This document shows positions 1 to 12,700 of a DNA stretch of 64,000 bases, in pieces. The stretch is from the NCBI RefSeq assembly GCF_009914755.1, contig NC_060942.1; one strand, given 5' to 3'. The stretch's first letter is position 1; every line of letters starts with the position of its first letter. A program made the translations under genes and the position numbers. The notes under the pieces are model-generated. The model saw nothing but the letters and a program-made list of their open reading frames with translations. It had not been told where the DNA came from and did no database searches. The DNA comes from the human T2T-CHM13v2.0 reference genome, Homo sapiens.

Positions 1-46
1 CTCTTTTTGTAGTGTGTGTAAGTGGACATTTGGAGCACTTACCGGC

Positions 47-63
47 CTAAGGTGAAAAAGGAA
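47..63 (+). promoter_or_regulatory. pJalpha-box-like motif (A-type monomer); also at 722-738 and in every HOR copy
   Basis: CTAAGGTGAAAAAGGAA matches CTAYGGTGRAAAAGGAA at 16/17. It lies exactly 171 bp before the CENP-B box at 218, the equivalent monomer position. Confidence 0.75.
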
Positions 64-217
64 ATATCTTCCCATAAAAACTAGACAGAAGCATTCTCAG
101 AAACTTACTCGTGATGTGTGTCCTCAACTAAAGGAGTAGAACCTTTCTTTTCATAGAGAAGTTTTGAAACGCTCTTTTTGTGGAATCTGCAAGTGGATAT
201 TTGGCTAGTTTTGAGGA

Positions 218-234
218 TTTCGTTGGAAGCGGGA
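218..234 (+). promoter_or_regulatory. CENP-B box (dimer 1)
   Basis: TTTCGTTGGAAGCGGGA = canonical YTTCGTTGGAARCGGGA; overlaps the EcoRI site at 233-238. Confidence 0.97.
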
Positions 235-555
235 ATTCATACAAATTGCAGACTGCAGCGTTCTGAGAAACATCTTTGTGATGTTTGTATTCAGGACACA
301 GAGTTGAACATTCCCTATCATAGAGCAGGTTTGAATCACTCCTTTTGTAGTATCTGGAAGTGGACATTTGGAGCGCTTTCAGGCCTATGTTGGAAAAGGA
401 AATATCTTCCCATAACAACTAGACAGAAGCATTCTCAGAAACTTATTTGAGATGTGTGTACTCAACTAAGAGAATTGAACCACCGTTTTGAAGGAGCAGT
501 TTTGAAACTCTCTTTTTCTGGAATCTGCAAGTGGATATTTGGCTAGCTTTGGGGA

Positions 556-572
556 TTTCGCTGGAAGCGGGA
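556..572 (+). promoter_or_regulatory. CENP-B box (dimer 2), core intact
   Basis: TTTCGCTGGAAGCGGGA keeps the nTTCGnnnnAnnCGGGn core. Confidence 0.93.
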
Positions 573-892
573 ATACATATAAAAAGCACACAGCAGCGTT
601 CTGAGAAACTGCTTTCTGATGTTTGCATTCAAGTCAAAAGTTGAACACTCCCTTTCATAGAGCAGTCCTGAAACACCCCTTTTGTAGTATCTGGAACTGG
701 ACTTTTGGAGCGATTTCAGGGCTAAGGTGAAAAAGGAAATATCTTCCCATAAAAACTGGACAGAAGCATTCTCAGAAACTTGTTTATGCTGTATCTACTC
801 AACTAACAAAGTTGAACCTTTCTTTTGATAGAGCAGTTTTGAAATGGTCTTTTTGTGGAATCTGCAAGTGGATATTTGGCTAGTTTTGAGGA

Positions 893-909
893 TTTCGTTG
901 GAAGCGGGA
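893..909 (+). promoter_or_regulatory. CENP-B box (dimer 3)
   Basis: TTTCGTTGGAAGCGGGA, canonical; overlaps the EcoRI site at 908-913. Confidence 0.97.
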
Positions 910-1230
910 ATTCATACAAATTGCAGACTGCAGCGTTCTGAGAAACATCTTTGTGATGTTTGTATTCAGGACACAGAGTTGAACATTCCCTATCATAGAG
1001 CAGGTTGGAATCACTCCTTTTGTAGTATCTGGAAGTGGACATTTGGAGCGCTTTCAGGCCTATTTTGGAAAGGGAAATATCTTCCCGTAACAACTATGCA
1101 GAAGCATTCTCAGAAACTTGTTTGTGATGTGTGCCCTCTACTGACAGAGTTGAACCTTTCTTTTCATAGAGCAGTTTTGAAACACTCTTTTTGTAGAATC
1201 TGCAAGAGGATATTTGCATAGCTTTGAGGA

Positions 1231-1247
1231 TTTCGTGGGAAACGGGA
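1231..1247 (+). promoter_or_regulatory. CENP-B box (dimer 4), core intact
   Basis: TTTCGTGGGAAACGGGA keeps the nTTCGnnnnAnnCGGGn core. Confidence 0.93.
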
Positions 1248-1572
1248 TTGTCTTCAGGTAAAATCTAGACAGAAGCATTCTCAGAAACTTCTTTGGGATG
1301 TTTGCATTCAAGTCACAGAGTAGAACATTCCCTTTGGTAGAGCAGGTTTGAAACACTCTTTTTGTAGTATCTGGAAGTGGACATTTGGAGCGCTTTCAGG
1401 CCCATGTTGGAAAGGGAAATATCTTCCCGTAACAACTAGGCAGAAGCATTCTCAGAAACTTATTTGAGATGTGTGTACTCAACTAAGAGAATTGAACCAC
1501 CGTTTTGAAGGAGCAGTTTTGAAACACTCTTTTTCTGGAATCTGCAAGAGGATATTTGCCTAGCCTTGAGGA

Positions 1573-1589
1573 TTTCGTTGGAAACGGGA
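1573..1589 (+). promoter_or_regulatory. CENP-B box (dimer 5)
   Basis: TTTCGTTGGAAACGGGA, canonical. Confidence 0.97.
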
Positions 1590-1914
1590 TTGTCTTCAGA
1601 GAAAATCTAGACAGAAGCATTCTCAGAAACTTCTTTGGGATGCTTGCATTCAAGTCACAGAGTAGAACATTCCCTTTGGTAGAGCAGGTTTGAAACACTC
1701 TTTTTGTAGTATCTGGAAGTGGACATTTGGAGCGCTTTCAGGCCTACGTTGGAAAAGGAAATATCTTCCCATAACAACTAGACAGAAGCATTCTCAGAAA
1801 CTCGTTTCTGATGTGTGTCCTCAACTAACACAGTTGAACATTTCTTTAGACAGAACAGTTTTGAAACACTCTTTTTGTGGAATCTGCAAGTGGCTATTTG
1901 GCTAGATTTGAGGA

Positions 1915-1931
1915 TTTCGTTGGAAACGGGA
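1915..1931 (+). promoter_or_regulatory. CENP-B box (dimer 6); the six-box pattern repeats in all HOR copies (~189 box positions in the window)
   Basis: TTTCGTTGGAAACGGGA, canonical. The count is derived from unit structure: 26x6 + 7x3 + 8 + 4. Confidence 0.95.
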
Positions 1932-2162
1932 TTACATATAAAAAGCAGTCAGCAGCATTCTCAGAAAGTTCTTTGTGATGATTGCATTCAAGTCACAGAA
2001 TTGAACATTCCCTTTCACAGAGCAGGTTTGAAACACTCTTTTTGTAGTGTGTGTAAGTGGACATTTGGAGCACTTACCGGCCTAAGGTGAAAAAGGAAAT
2101 ATCTTCCCATAAAAACTAGACAGAAGCATTCTCAGAAACTTACTCGTGATGTGTGTCCTCAA

Positions 2163-3180
2163 CTAAAGGAGTAGAACCTTTCTTTTCATAGAGAAGTTTT
2201 GAAACGCTCTTTTTGTGGAATCTGCAAGTGGATATTTGGCTAGTTTTGAGGATTTCGTTGGAAGCGGGAATTCATACAAATTGCAGACTGCAGCGTTCTG
2301 AGAAACATCTTTGTGATGTTTGTATTCAGGACACAGAGTTGAACATTCCCTATCATAGAGCAGGTTTGAATCACTCCTTTTGTAGTATCTGGAAGTGGAC
2401 ATTTGGAGCGCTTTCAGGCCTATGTTGGAAAAGGAAATATCTTCCCATAACAACTAGACAGAAGCATTCTCAGAAACTTATTTGAGATGTGTGTACTCAA
2501 CTAAGAGAATTGAACCACCGTTTTGAAGGAGCAGTTTTGAAACTCTCTTTTTCTGGAATCTGCAAGAGGATATTTGCCTAGCCTTGAGGATTTCGTTGGA
2601 AACGGGATTGTCTTCAGAGAAAATCTAGACAGAAGCATTCTCAGAAACTTCTTTGGGATGCTTGCATTCAAGTCACAGAGTAGAACATTCCCTTTGGTAG
2701 AGCAGGTTTGAAACACTCTTTTTTTAGTATCTGGAAGTGGACATTTGGAGCGCTTTCAGGCCTACGTTGGAAAAGGAAATATCTTCCCATAACAACTAGA
2801 CAGAAGCATTCTCAGAAACTCGTTTCTGATGTGTGTCCTCAACTAACACAGTTGAACATTTCTTTAGACAGAACAGTTTTGAAACACTCTTTTTGTGGAA
2901 TCTGCAAGTGGCTATTTGGCTAGATTTGAGGATTTCGTTGGAAACGGGATTACATATAAAAAGCAGTCAGCAGCATTCTCAGAAAGTTCTTTGTGATGAT
3001 TGCATTCAAGTCACAGAATTGAACATTCCCTTTCACAGAGCAGGTTTGAAACACTCTTTTTGTAGTGTGTGTAAGTGGACATTTGGAGCACTTACCGGCC
3101 TAAGGTGAAAAAGGAAATATCTTCCCATAAAAACTAGACAGAAGCATTCTCAGAAACTTACTCGTGATGTGTGTCCTCAA
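2163..3180. repeat. 6-mer HOR deletion variant (1018 bp)
   Basis: Landmark spacing is 1018. The dimer-2-type sequence AAACTCTC (T2544) runs directly into dimer-5-type CAAGAGGATATTTGCCTAGCC (A2567). Confidence 0.96.
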
Positions 3181-6100
3181 CTAAAGGAGTAGAACCTTTC
3201 TTTTCATAGAGAAGTTTTGAAACGCTCTTTTTGTGGAATCTGCAAGTGGATATTTGGCTAGTTTTGAGGATTTCGTTGGAAGCGGGAATTCATACAAATT
3301 GCAGACTGCAGCGTTCTGAGAAACATCTTTGTGATGTTTGTATTCAGGACACAGAGTTGAACATTCCCTATCATAGAGCAGGTTTGAATCACTCCTTTTG
3401 TAGTATCTGGAAGTGGACATTTGGAGCGCTTTCAGGCCTATGTTGGAAAAGGAAATATCTTCCCATAACAACTAGACAGAAGCATTCTCAGAAACTTATT
3501 TGAGATGTGTGTACTCAACTAAGAGAATTGAACCACCGTTTTGAAGGAGCAGTTTTGAAACTCTCTTTTTCTGGAATCTGCAAGTGGATATTTGGCTAGC
3601 TTTGGGGATTTCGCTGGAAGCGGGAATACATATAAAAAGCACACAGCAGCGTTCTGAGAAACTGCTTTCTGATGTTTGCATTCAAGTCAAAAGTTGAACA
3701 CTCCCTTTCATAGAGCAGTCCTGAAACACCCCTTTTGTAGTATCTGGAACTGGACTTTTGGAGCGATTTCAGGGCTAAGGTGAAAAAGGAAATATCTTCC
3801 CATAAAAACTGGACAGAAGCATTCTCAGAAACTTGTTTATGCTGTATCTACTCAACTAACAAAGTTGAACCTTTCTTTTGATAGAGCAGTTTTGAAATGG
3901 TCTTTTTGTGGAATCTGCAAGTGGATATTTGGCTAGTTTTGAGGATTTCGTTGGAAGCGGGAATTCATACAAATTGCAGACTGCAGCGTTCTGAGAAACA
4001 TCTTTGTGATGTTTGTATTCAGGACACAGAGTTGAACATTCCCTATCATAGAGCAGGTTGGAATCACTCCTTTTGTAGTATCTGGAAGTGGACATTTGGA
4101 GCGCTTTCAGGCCTATTTTGGAAAGGGAAATATCTTCCCGTAACAACTATGCAGAAGCATTCTCAGAAACTTGTTTGTGATGTGTGCCCTCTACTGACAG
4201 AGTTGAACCTTTCTTTTCATAGAGCAGTTTTGAAACACTCTTTTTGTAGAATCTGCAAGAGGATATTTGCATAGCTTTGAGGATTTCGTGGGAAACGGGA
4301 TTGTCTTCAGGTAAAATCTAGACAGAAGCATTCTCAGAAACTTCTTTGGGATGTTTGCATTCAAGTCACAGAGTAGAACATTCCCTTTGGTAGAGCAGGT
4401 TTGAAACACTCTTTTTGTAGTATCTGGAAGTGGACATTTGGAGCGCTTTCAGGCCCATGTTGGAAAGGGAAATATCTTCCCGTAACAACTAGGCAGAAGC
4501 ATTCTCAGAAACTTATTTGAGATGTGTGTACTCAACTAAGAGAATTGAACCACCGTTTTGAAGGAGCAGTTTTGAAACACTCTTTTTCTGGAATCTGCAA
4601 GAGGATATTTGCCTAGCCTTGAGGATTTCGTTGGAAACGGGATTGTCTTCAGAGAAAATCTAGACAGAAGCATTCTCAGAAACTTCTTTGGGATGCTTGC
4701 ATTCAAGTCACAGAGTAGAACATTCCCTTTGGTAGAGCAGGTTTGAAACACTCTTTTTTTAGTATCTGGAAGTGGACATTTGGAGCGCTTTCAGGCCTAC
4801 GTTGGAAAAGGAAATATCTTCCCATAACAACTAGACAGAAGCATTCTCAGAAACTAGTTTCTGATGTGTGTCCTCAACTAACACAGTTGAACATTTCTTT
4901 AGACAGAACAGTTTTGAAACACTCTTTTTGTGGAATCTGCAAGTGGCTATTTGGCTAGATTTGAGGATTTCGTTGGAAACGGGATTACATATAAAAAGCA
5001 GTCAGCAGCATTCTCAGAAAGTTCTTTGTGATGATTGCATTCAAGTCACAGAATTGAACATTCCCTTTCACAGAGCAGGTTTGAAACACTCTTTTTGTAG
5101 TGTGTGTAAGTGGACATTTGGAGCACTTACCGGCCTAAGGTGAAAAAGGAAATATCTTCCCATAAAAACTAGACAGAAGCATTCTCAGAAACTTACTCGT
5201 GATGTGTGTCCTCAACTAAAGGAGTAGAACCTTTCTTTTCATAGAGAAGTTTTGAAACGCTCTTTTTGTGGAATCTGCAAGTGGATATTTGGCTAGTTTT
5301 GAGGATTTCGTTGGAAGCGGGAATTCATACAAATTGCAGACTGCAGCGTTCTGAGAAACATCTTTGTGATGTTTGTATTCAGGACACAGAGTTGAACATT
5401 CCCTATCATAGAGCAGGTTTGAATCACTCCTTTTGTAGTATCTGGAAGTGGACATTTGGAGCGCTTTCAGGCCTATGTTGGAAAAGGAAATATCTTCCCA
5501 TAACAACTAGACAGAAGCATTCTCAGAAACTTATTTGAGATGTGTGTACTCAACTAAGAGAATTGAACCACCGTTTTGAAGGAGCAGTTTTGAAACTCTC
5601 TTTTTCTGGAATCTGCAAGTGGATATTTGGCTAGCTTTGGGGATTTCGCTGGAAGCGGGAATACATATAAAAAGCACACAGCAGCGTTCTGAGAAACTGC
5701 TTTCTGATGTTTGCATTCAAGTCAAAAGTTGAACACTCCCTTTCATAGAGCAGTCCTGAAACACCCCTTTTGTAGTATCTGGAACTGGACTTTTGGAGCG
5801 ATTTCAGGGCTAAGGTGAAAAAGGAAATATCTTCCCATAAAAACTGGACAGAAGCATTCTCAGAAACTTGGTTATGCTGTATCTACTCAACTAACAAAGT
5901 TGAACCTTTCTTTTGATAGAGCAGTTTTGAAATGGTCTTTTTGTGGAATCTGCAAGTGGATATTTGGCTAGTTTTGAGGATTTCGTTGGAAGCGGGAATT
6001 CATACAAATTGCAGACTGCAGCGTTCTGAGAAACATCTTTGTGATGTTTGTATTCAGGACACAGAGTTGAACATTCCCTATCATAGAGCAGGTTGGAATC

Positions 6101-9100
6101 ACTCCTTTTGTAGTATCTGGAAGTGGACATTTGGAGCGTTTTCAGGCCTATTTTGGAAAGGGAAATATCTTCCCGTAACAACTATGCAGAAGCATTCTCA
6201 GAAACTTGTTTGTGATGTGTGCCCTCTACTGACAGAGTTGAACCTTTCTTTTCATAGAGCAGTTTTGAAACACTCTTTTTGTAGAATCTGCAAGAGGATA
6301 TTTGCATAGCTTTGAGGATTTCGTGGGAAACGGGATTGTCTTCAGGTAAAATCTAGACAGAAGCATTCTCAGAAACTTCTTTGGGATGTTTGCATTCAAG
6401 TCACAGAGTAGAACATTCCCTTTGGTAGAGCAGGTTTGAAACACTCTTTTTGTAGTATCTGGAAGTGGACATTTGGAGCGCTTTCAGGCCCATGTTGGAA
6501 AGGGAAATATCTTCCCGTAACAACTAGGCAGAAGCATTCTCAGAAACTTATTTGAGATGTGTGTACTCAACTAAGAGAATTGAACCACCGTTTTGAAGGA
6601 GCAGTTTTGAAACACTCTTTTTCTGGAATCTGCAAGAGTATATTTGCCTAGCCTTGAGGATTTCGTTGGAAACGGGATTGTCTTCAGAGAAAATCTAGAC
6701 AGAAGCATTCTCAGAAACTTCTTTGGGATGTTTGCATTCAAGTCACAGAGTAGAACATTCCCTTTGGTAGAGCAGGTTTGAAACACTCTTTTTGTAGTAT
6801 CTGGAAGTGGACATTTGGAGCGCTTTCAGGCCTACGTTGGAAAAGGAAATATCTTCCCATAACAACTAGACAGAAGCATTCTCAGAAACTAGTTTCTGAT
6901 GTGTGTCCTCAACTAACACAGTTGAACATTTCTTTAGACAGAACAGTTTTGAAACACTCTTTTTGTGGAATCTGCAAGTGGCTATTTGGCTAGATTTGAG
7001 GATTTCGTTGGAAACGGGATTACATATAAAAAGCAGTCAGCAGCATTCTCAGAAAGTTCTTTGTGATGATTGCATTCAAGTCACAGAATTGAACATTCCC
7101 TTTCACAGAGCAGGTTTGAAACACTCTTTTTGTAGTGTGTGTAAGTGGACATTTGGAGCACTTACCGGCCTAAGGTGAAAAAGGAAATATCTTCCCATAA
7201 AAACTAGACAGAAGCATTCTCAGAAACTTACTCGTGATGTGTGTCCTCAACTAAAGGAGTAGAACCTTTCTTTTCATAGAGAAGTTTTGAAACGCTCTTT
7301 TTGTGGAATCTGCAAGTGGATATTTGGCTAGTTTTGAGGATTTCGTTGGAAGCGGGAATTCATACAAATTGCAGACTGCAGCGTTCTGAGAAACATCTTT
7401 GTGATGTTTGTATTCAGGACACAGAGTTGAACATTCCCTATCATAGAGCAGGTTTGAATCACTCCTTTTGTAGTATCTGGAAGTGGACATTTGGAGCGCT
7501 TTCAGGCCTATGTTGGAAAAGGAAATATCTTCCCATAACAACTAGACAGAAGCATTCTCAGAAACTTATTTGAGATGTGTGTACTCAACTAAGAGAATTG
7601 AACCACCGTTTTGAAGGAGCAGTTTTGAAACTCTCTTTTTCTGGAATCTGCAAGTGGATATTTGGCTAGCTTTGGGGATTTCGCTGGAAGCGGGAATACA
7701 TATAAAAAGCACACAGCAGCGTTCTGAGAAACTGCTTTCTGATGTTTGCATTCAAGTCAAAAGTTGAACACTCCCTTTCATAGAGCAGTCCTGAAACACC
7801 CCTTTTGTAGTATCTGGAACTGGACTTTTGGAGCGATTTCAGGGCTAAGGTGAAAAAGGAAATATCTTCCCATAAAAACTGGACAGAAGCATTCTCAGAA
7901 ACTTGGTTATGCTGTATCTACTCAACTAACAAAGTTGAACCTTTCTTTTGATAGAGCAGTTTTGAAATGGTCTTTTTGTGGAATCTGCAAGTGGATATTT
8001 GGCTAGTTTTGAGGATTTCGTTGGAAGCGGGAATTCATACAAATTGCAGACTGCAGCGTTCTGAGAAACATCTTTGTGATGTTTGTATTCAGGACACAGA
8101 GTTGAACATTCCCTATCATAGAGCAGGTTGGAATCACTCCTTTTGTAGTATCTGGAAGTGGACATTTGGAGCGCTTTCAGGCCTATTTTGGAAAGGGAAA
8201 TATCTTCCCGTAACAACTATGCAGAAGCATTCTCAGAAACTTGTTTGTGATGTGTGCCCTCTACTGACAGAGTTGAACCTTTCTTTTCATAGAGCAGTTT
8301 TGAAACACTCTTTTTGTAGAATCTGCAAGAGGATATTTGCATAGCTTTGAGGATTTCGTGGGAAACGGGATTGTCTTCAGGTAAAATCTAGACAGAAGCA
8401 TTCTCAGAAACTTCTTTGGGATGTTTGCATTCAAGTCACAGAGTAGAACATTCCCTTTGGTAGAGCAGGTTTGAAACACTCTTTTTGTAGTATCTGGAAG
8501 TGGACATTTGGAGCGCTTTCAGGCCCATGTTGGAAAGGGAAATATCTTCCCGTAACAACTAGGCAGAAGCATTCTCAGAAACTTATTTGAGATGTGTGTA
8601 CTCAACTAAGAGAATTGAACCACCGTTTTGAAGGAGCAGTTTTGAAACACTCTTTTTCTGGAATCTGCAAGAGGATATTTGCCTAGCCTTGAGGATTTCG
8701 TTGGAAACGGGATTGTCTTCAGAGAAAATCTAGACAGAAGCATTCTCAGAAACTTCTTTGGGATGTTTGCATTCAAGTCACAGAGTAGAACATTCCCTTT
8801 GGTAGAGCAGGTTTGAAACACTCTTTTTGTAGTATCTGGAAGTGGACATTTGGAGCGCTTTCAGGCCTACGTTGGAAAAGGAAATATCTTCCCATAACAA
8901 CTAGACAGAAGCATTCTCAGAAACTAGTTTCTGATGTGTGTCCTCAACTAACACAGTTGAACATTTCTTTAGACAGAACAGTTTTGAAACACTCTTTTTG
9001 TGGAATCTGCAAGTGGCTATTTGGCTAGATTTGAGGATTTCGTTGGAAACGGGATTACATATAAAAAGCAGTCAGCAGCATTCTCAGAAAGTTCTTTGTG

Positions 9101-9713
9101 ATGATTGCATTCAAGTCACAGAATTGAACATTCCCTTTCACAGAGCAGGTTTGAAACACTCTTTTTGTAGTGTGTGTAAGTGGACATTTGGAGCACTTAC
9201 CGGCCTAAGGTGAAAAAGGAAATATCTTCCCATAAAAACTAGACAGAAGCATTCTCAGAAACTTACTCGTGATGTGTGTCCTCAACTAAAGGAGTAGAAC
9301 CTTTCTTTTCATAGAGAAGTTTTGAAACGCTCTTTTTGTGGAATCTGCAAGTGGATATTTGGCTAGTTTTGAGGATTTCGTTGGAAGCGGGAATTCATAC
9401 AAATTGCAGACTGCAGCGTTCTGAGAAACATCTTTGTGATGTTTGTATTCAGGACACAGAGTTGAACATTCCCTATCATAGAGCAGGTTTGAATCACTCC
9501 TTTTGTAGTATCTGGAAGTGGACATTTGGAGCGCTTTCAGGCCTATGTTGGAAAAGGAAATATCTTCCCATAACAACTAGACAGAAGCATTCTCAGAAAC
9601 TTATTTGAGATGTGTGTACTCAACTAAGAGAATTGAACCACCGTTTTGAAGGAGCAGTTTTGAAACTCTCTTTTTCTGGAATCTGCAAGTGGATATTTGG
9701 CTAGCTTTGGGGA

Positions 9714-9730
9714 TTTCACTGGAAGCGGGA
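9714..9730 (+). promoter_or_regulatory. Disrupted CENP-B box (TTCG>TTCA)
   Basis: TTTCACTGGAAGCGGGA; G>A at 9718 in a core CpG. Confidence 0.9.
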
Positions 9731-12700
9731 ATACATATAAAAAGCACACAGCAGCGTTCTGAGAAACTGCTTTCTGATGTTTGCATTCAAGTCAAAAGTT
9801 GAACACTCCCTTTCATAGAGCAGTCCTGAAACACCCCTTTTGTAGTATCTGGAACTGGACTTTTGGAGCGATTTCAGGGCTAAGGTGAAAAAGGAAATAT
9901 CTTCCCATAAAAACTGGACAGAAGCATTCTCAGAAACTTGGTTATGCTGTATCTACTCAACTAACAAAGTTGAACCTTTCTTTTGATAGAGCAGTTTTGA
10001 AATGGTCTTTTTGTGGAATCTGCAAGTGGATATTTGGCTAGTTTTGAGGATTTCGTTGGAAGCGGGAATTCATACAAATTGCAGACTGCAGCGTTCTGAG
10101 AAACATCTTTGTGATGTTTGTATTCAGGACACAGAGTTGAACATTCCCTATCATAGAGCAGGTTGGAATCACTCCTTTTGTAGTATCTGGAAGTGGACAT
10201 TTGGAGCGCTTTCAGGCCTATTTTGGAAAGGGAAATATCTTCCCGTAACAACTATGCAGAAGCATTCTCAGAAACTTGTTTGTGATGTGTGCCCTCTACT
10301 GACAGAGTTGAACCTTTCTTTTCATAGAGCAGTTTTGAAACACTCTTTTTGTAGAATCTGCAAGAGGATATTTGCATAGCTTTGAGGATTTCGTGGGAAA
10401 CGGGATTGTCTTCAGGTAAAATCTAGACAGAAGCATTCTCAGAAACTTCTTTGGGATGTTTGCATTCAAGTCACAGAGTAGAACATTCCCTTTGGTAGAG
10501 CAGGTTTGAAACACTCTTTTTGTAGTATCTGGAAGTGGACATTTGGAGCGCTTTCAGGCCCATGTTGGAAAGGGAAATATCTTCCCGTAACAACTAGGCA
10601 GAAGCATTCTCAGAAACTTATTTGAGATGTGTGTACTCAACTAAGAGAATTGAACCACCGTTTTGAAGGAGCAGTTTTGAAACACTCTTTTTCTGGAATC
10701 TGCAAGAGTATATTTGCCTAGCCTTGAGGATTTCGTTGGAAACGGGATTGTCTTCAGAGAAAATCTAGACAGAAGCATTCTCAGAAACTTCTTTGGGATG
10801 TTTGCATTCAAGTCACAGAGTAGAACATTCCCTTTGGTAGAGCAGGTTTGAAACACTCTTTTTGTAGTATCTGGAAGTGGACATTTGGAGCGCTTTCAGG
10901 CCTACGTTGGAAAAGGAAATATCTTCCCATAACAACTAGACAGAAGCATTCTCAGAAACTAGTTTCTGATGTGTGTCCTCAACTAACACAGTTGAACATT
11001 TCTTTAGACAGAACAGTTTTGAAACACTCTTTTTGTGGAATCTGCAAGTGGCTATTTGGCTAGATTTGAGGATTTCGTTGGAAACGGGATTACATATAAA
11101 AAGCAGTCAGCAGCATTCTCAGAAAGTTCTTTGTGATGATTGCATTCAAGTCACAGAATTGAACATTCCCTTTCACAGAGCAGGTTTGAAACACTCTTTT
11201 TGTAGTGTGTGTAAGTGGACATTTGGAGCACTTACCGGCCTAAGGTGAAAAAGGAAATATCTTCCCATAAAAACTAGACAGAAGCATTCTCAGAAACTTA
11301 CTCGTGATGTGTGTCCTCAACTAAAGGAGTAGAACCTTTCTTTTCATAGAGAAGTTTTGAAACGCTCTTTTTGTGGAATCTGCAAGTGGATATTTGGCTA
11401 GTTTTGAGGATTTCGTTGGAAGCGGGAATTCATACAAATTGCAGACTGCAGCGTTCTGAGAAACATCTTTGTGATGTTTGTATTCAGGACACAGAGTTGA
11501 ACATTCCCTATCATAGAGCAGGTTTGAATCACTCCTTTTGTAGTATCTGGAAGTGGACATTTGGAGCGCTTTCAGGCCTATGTTGGAAAAGGAAATATCT
11601 TCCCATAACAACTAGACAGAAGCATTCTCAGAAACTTATTTGAGATGTGTGTACTCAACTAAGAGAATTGAACCACCGTTTTGAAGGAGCAGTTTTGAAA
11701 CTCTCTTTTTCTGGAATCTGCAAGTGGATATTTGGCTAGCTTTGGGGATTTCGCTGGAAGCGGGAATACATATAAAAAGCACACAGCAGCGTTCTGAGAA
11801 ACTGCTTTCTGATGTTTGCATTCAAGTCAAAAGTTGAACACTCCCTTTCATAGAGCAGTCTTGAAACACCCCTTTTGTAGTATCTGGAACTGGACTTTTG
11901 GAGCGATTTCAGGGCTAAGGTGAAAAAGGAAATATCTTCCCATAAAAACTGGACAGAAGCATTCTCAGAAACTTGTTTATGCTGTATCTACTCAACTAAC
12001 AAAGTTGAACCTTTCTTTTGATAGAGCAGTTTTGAAATGGTCTTTTTGTGGAATCTGCAAGTGGATATTTGGCTAGTTTTGAGGATTTCGTTGGAAGCGG
12101 GAATTCATACAAATTGCAGACTGCAGCGTTCTGAGAAACATCTTTGTGATGTTTGTATTCAGGACACAGAGTTGAACATTCCCTATCATAGAGCAGGTTG
12201 GAATCACTCCTTTTGTAGTATCTGGAAGTGGACATTTGGAGCGCTTTCAGGCCTATTTTGGAAAGGGAAATATCTTCCCGTAACAACTATGCAGAAGCAT
12301 TCTCAGAAACTTGTTTGTGATGTGTGCCCTCTACTGACAGAGTTGAACCTTTCTTTTCATAGAGCAGTTTTGAAACACTCTTTTTGTAGAATCTGCAAGA
12401 GGATATTTGCATAGCTTTGAGGATTTCGTGGGAAACGGGATTGTCTTCAGGTAAAATCTAGACAGAAGCATTCTCAGAAACTTCTTTGGGATGTTTGCAT
12501 TCAAGTCACAGAGTAGAACATTCCCTTTGGTAGAGCAGGTTTGAAACACTCTTTTTGTAGTATCTGGAAGTGGACATTTGGAGCGCTTTCAGGCCCATGT
12601 TGGAAAGGGAAATATCTTCCCGTAACAACTAGGCAGAAGCATTCTCAGAAACTTATTTGAGATGTGTGTACTCAACTAAGAGAATTGAACCACCGTTTTG

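Larger units (their letters stand above)
128..2162. repeat. Representative canonical 12-mer HOR unit (2035 bp, six dimers)
   Basis: CENP-B boxes start at 218, 556, 893, 1231, 1573, 1915, and the next at 2253. Spacings 338+337+338+342+342+338 = 2035. Confidence 0.97.

Noticed and set aside
575-586. TATA-like CATATAAAAAG motifs (also at ~1936)
   Set aside because: They are ordinary alpha-satellite sequence next to the CENP-B box, and nothing else in the sequence supports promoter function.
128-2162. Assignment to the X-chromosome DXZ1 12-mer
   Set aside because: DXZ1 is a ~2057-bp pentamer-derived (SF3) HOR. This unit is 2035 bp and strictly dimeric, with a CENP-B box every ~340 bp.
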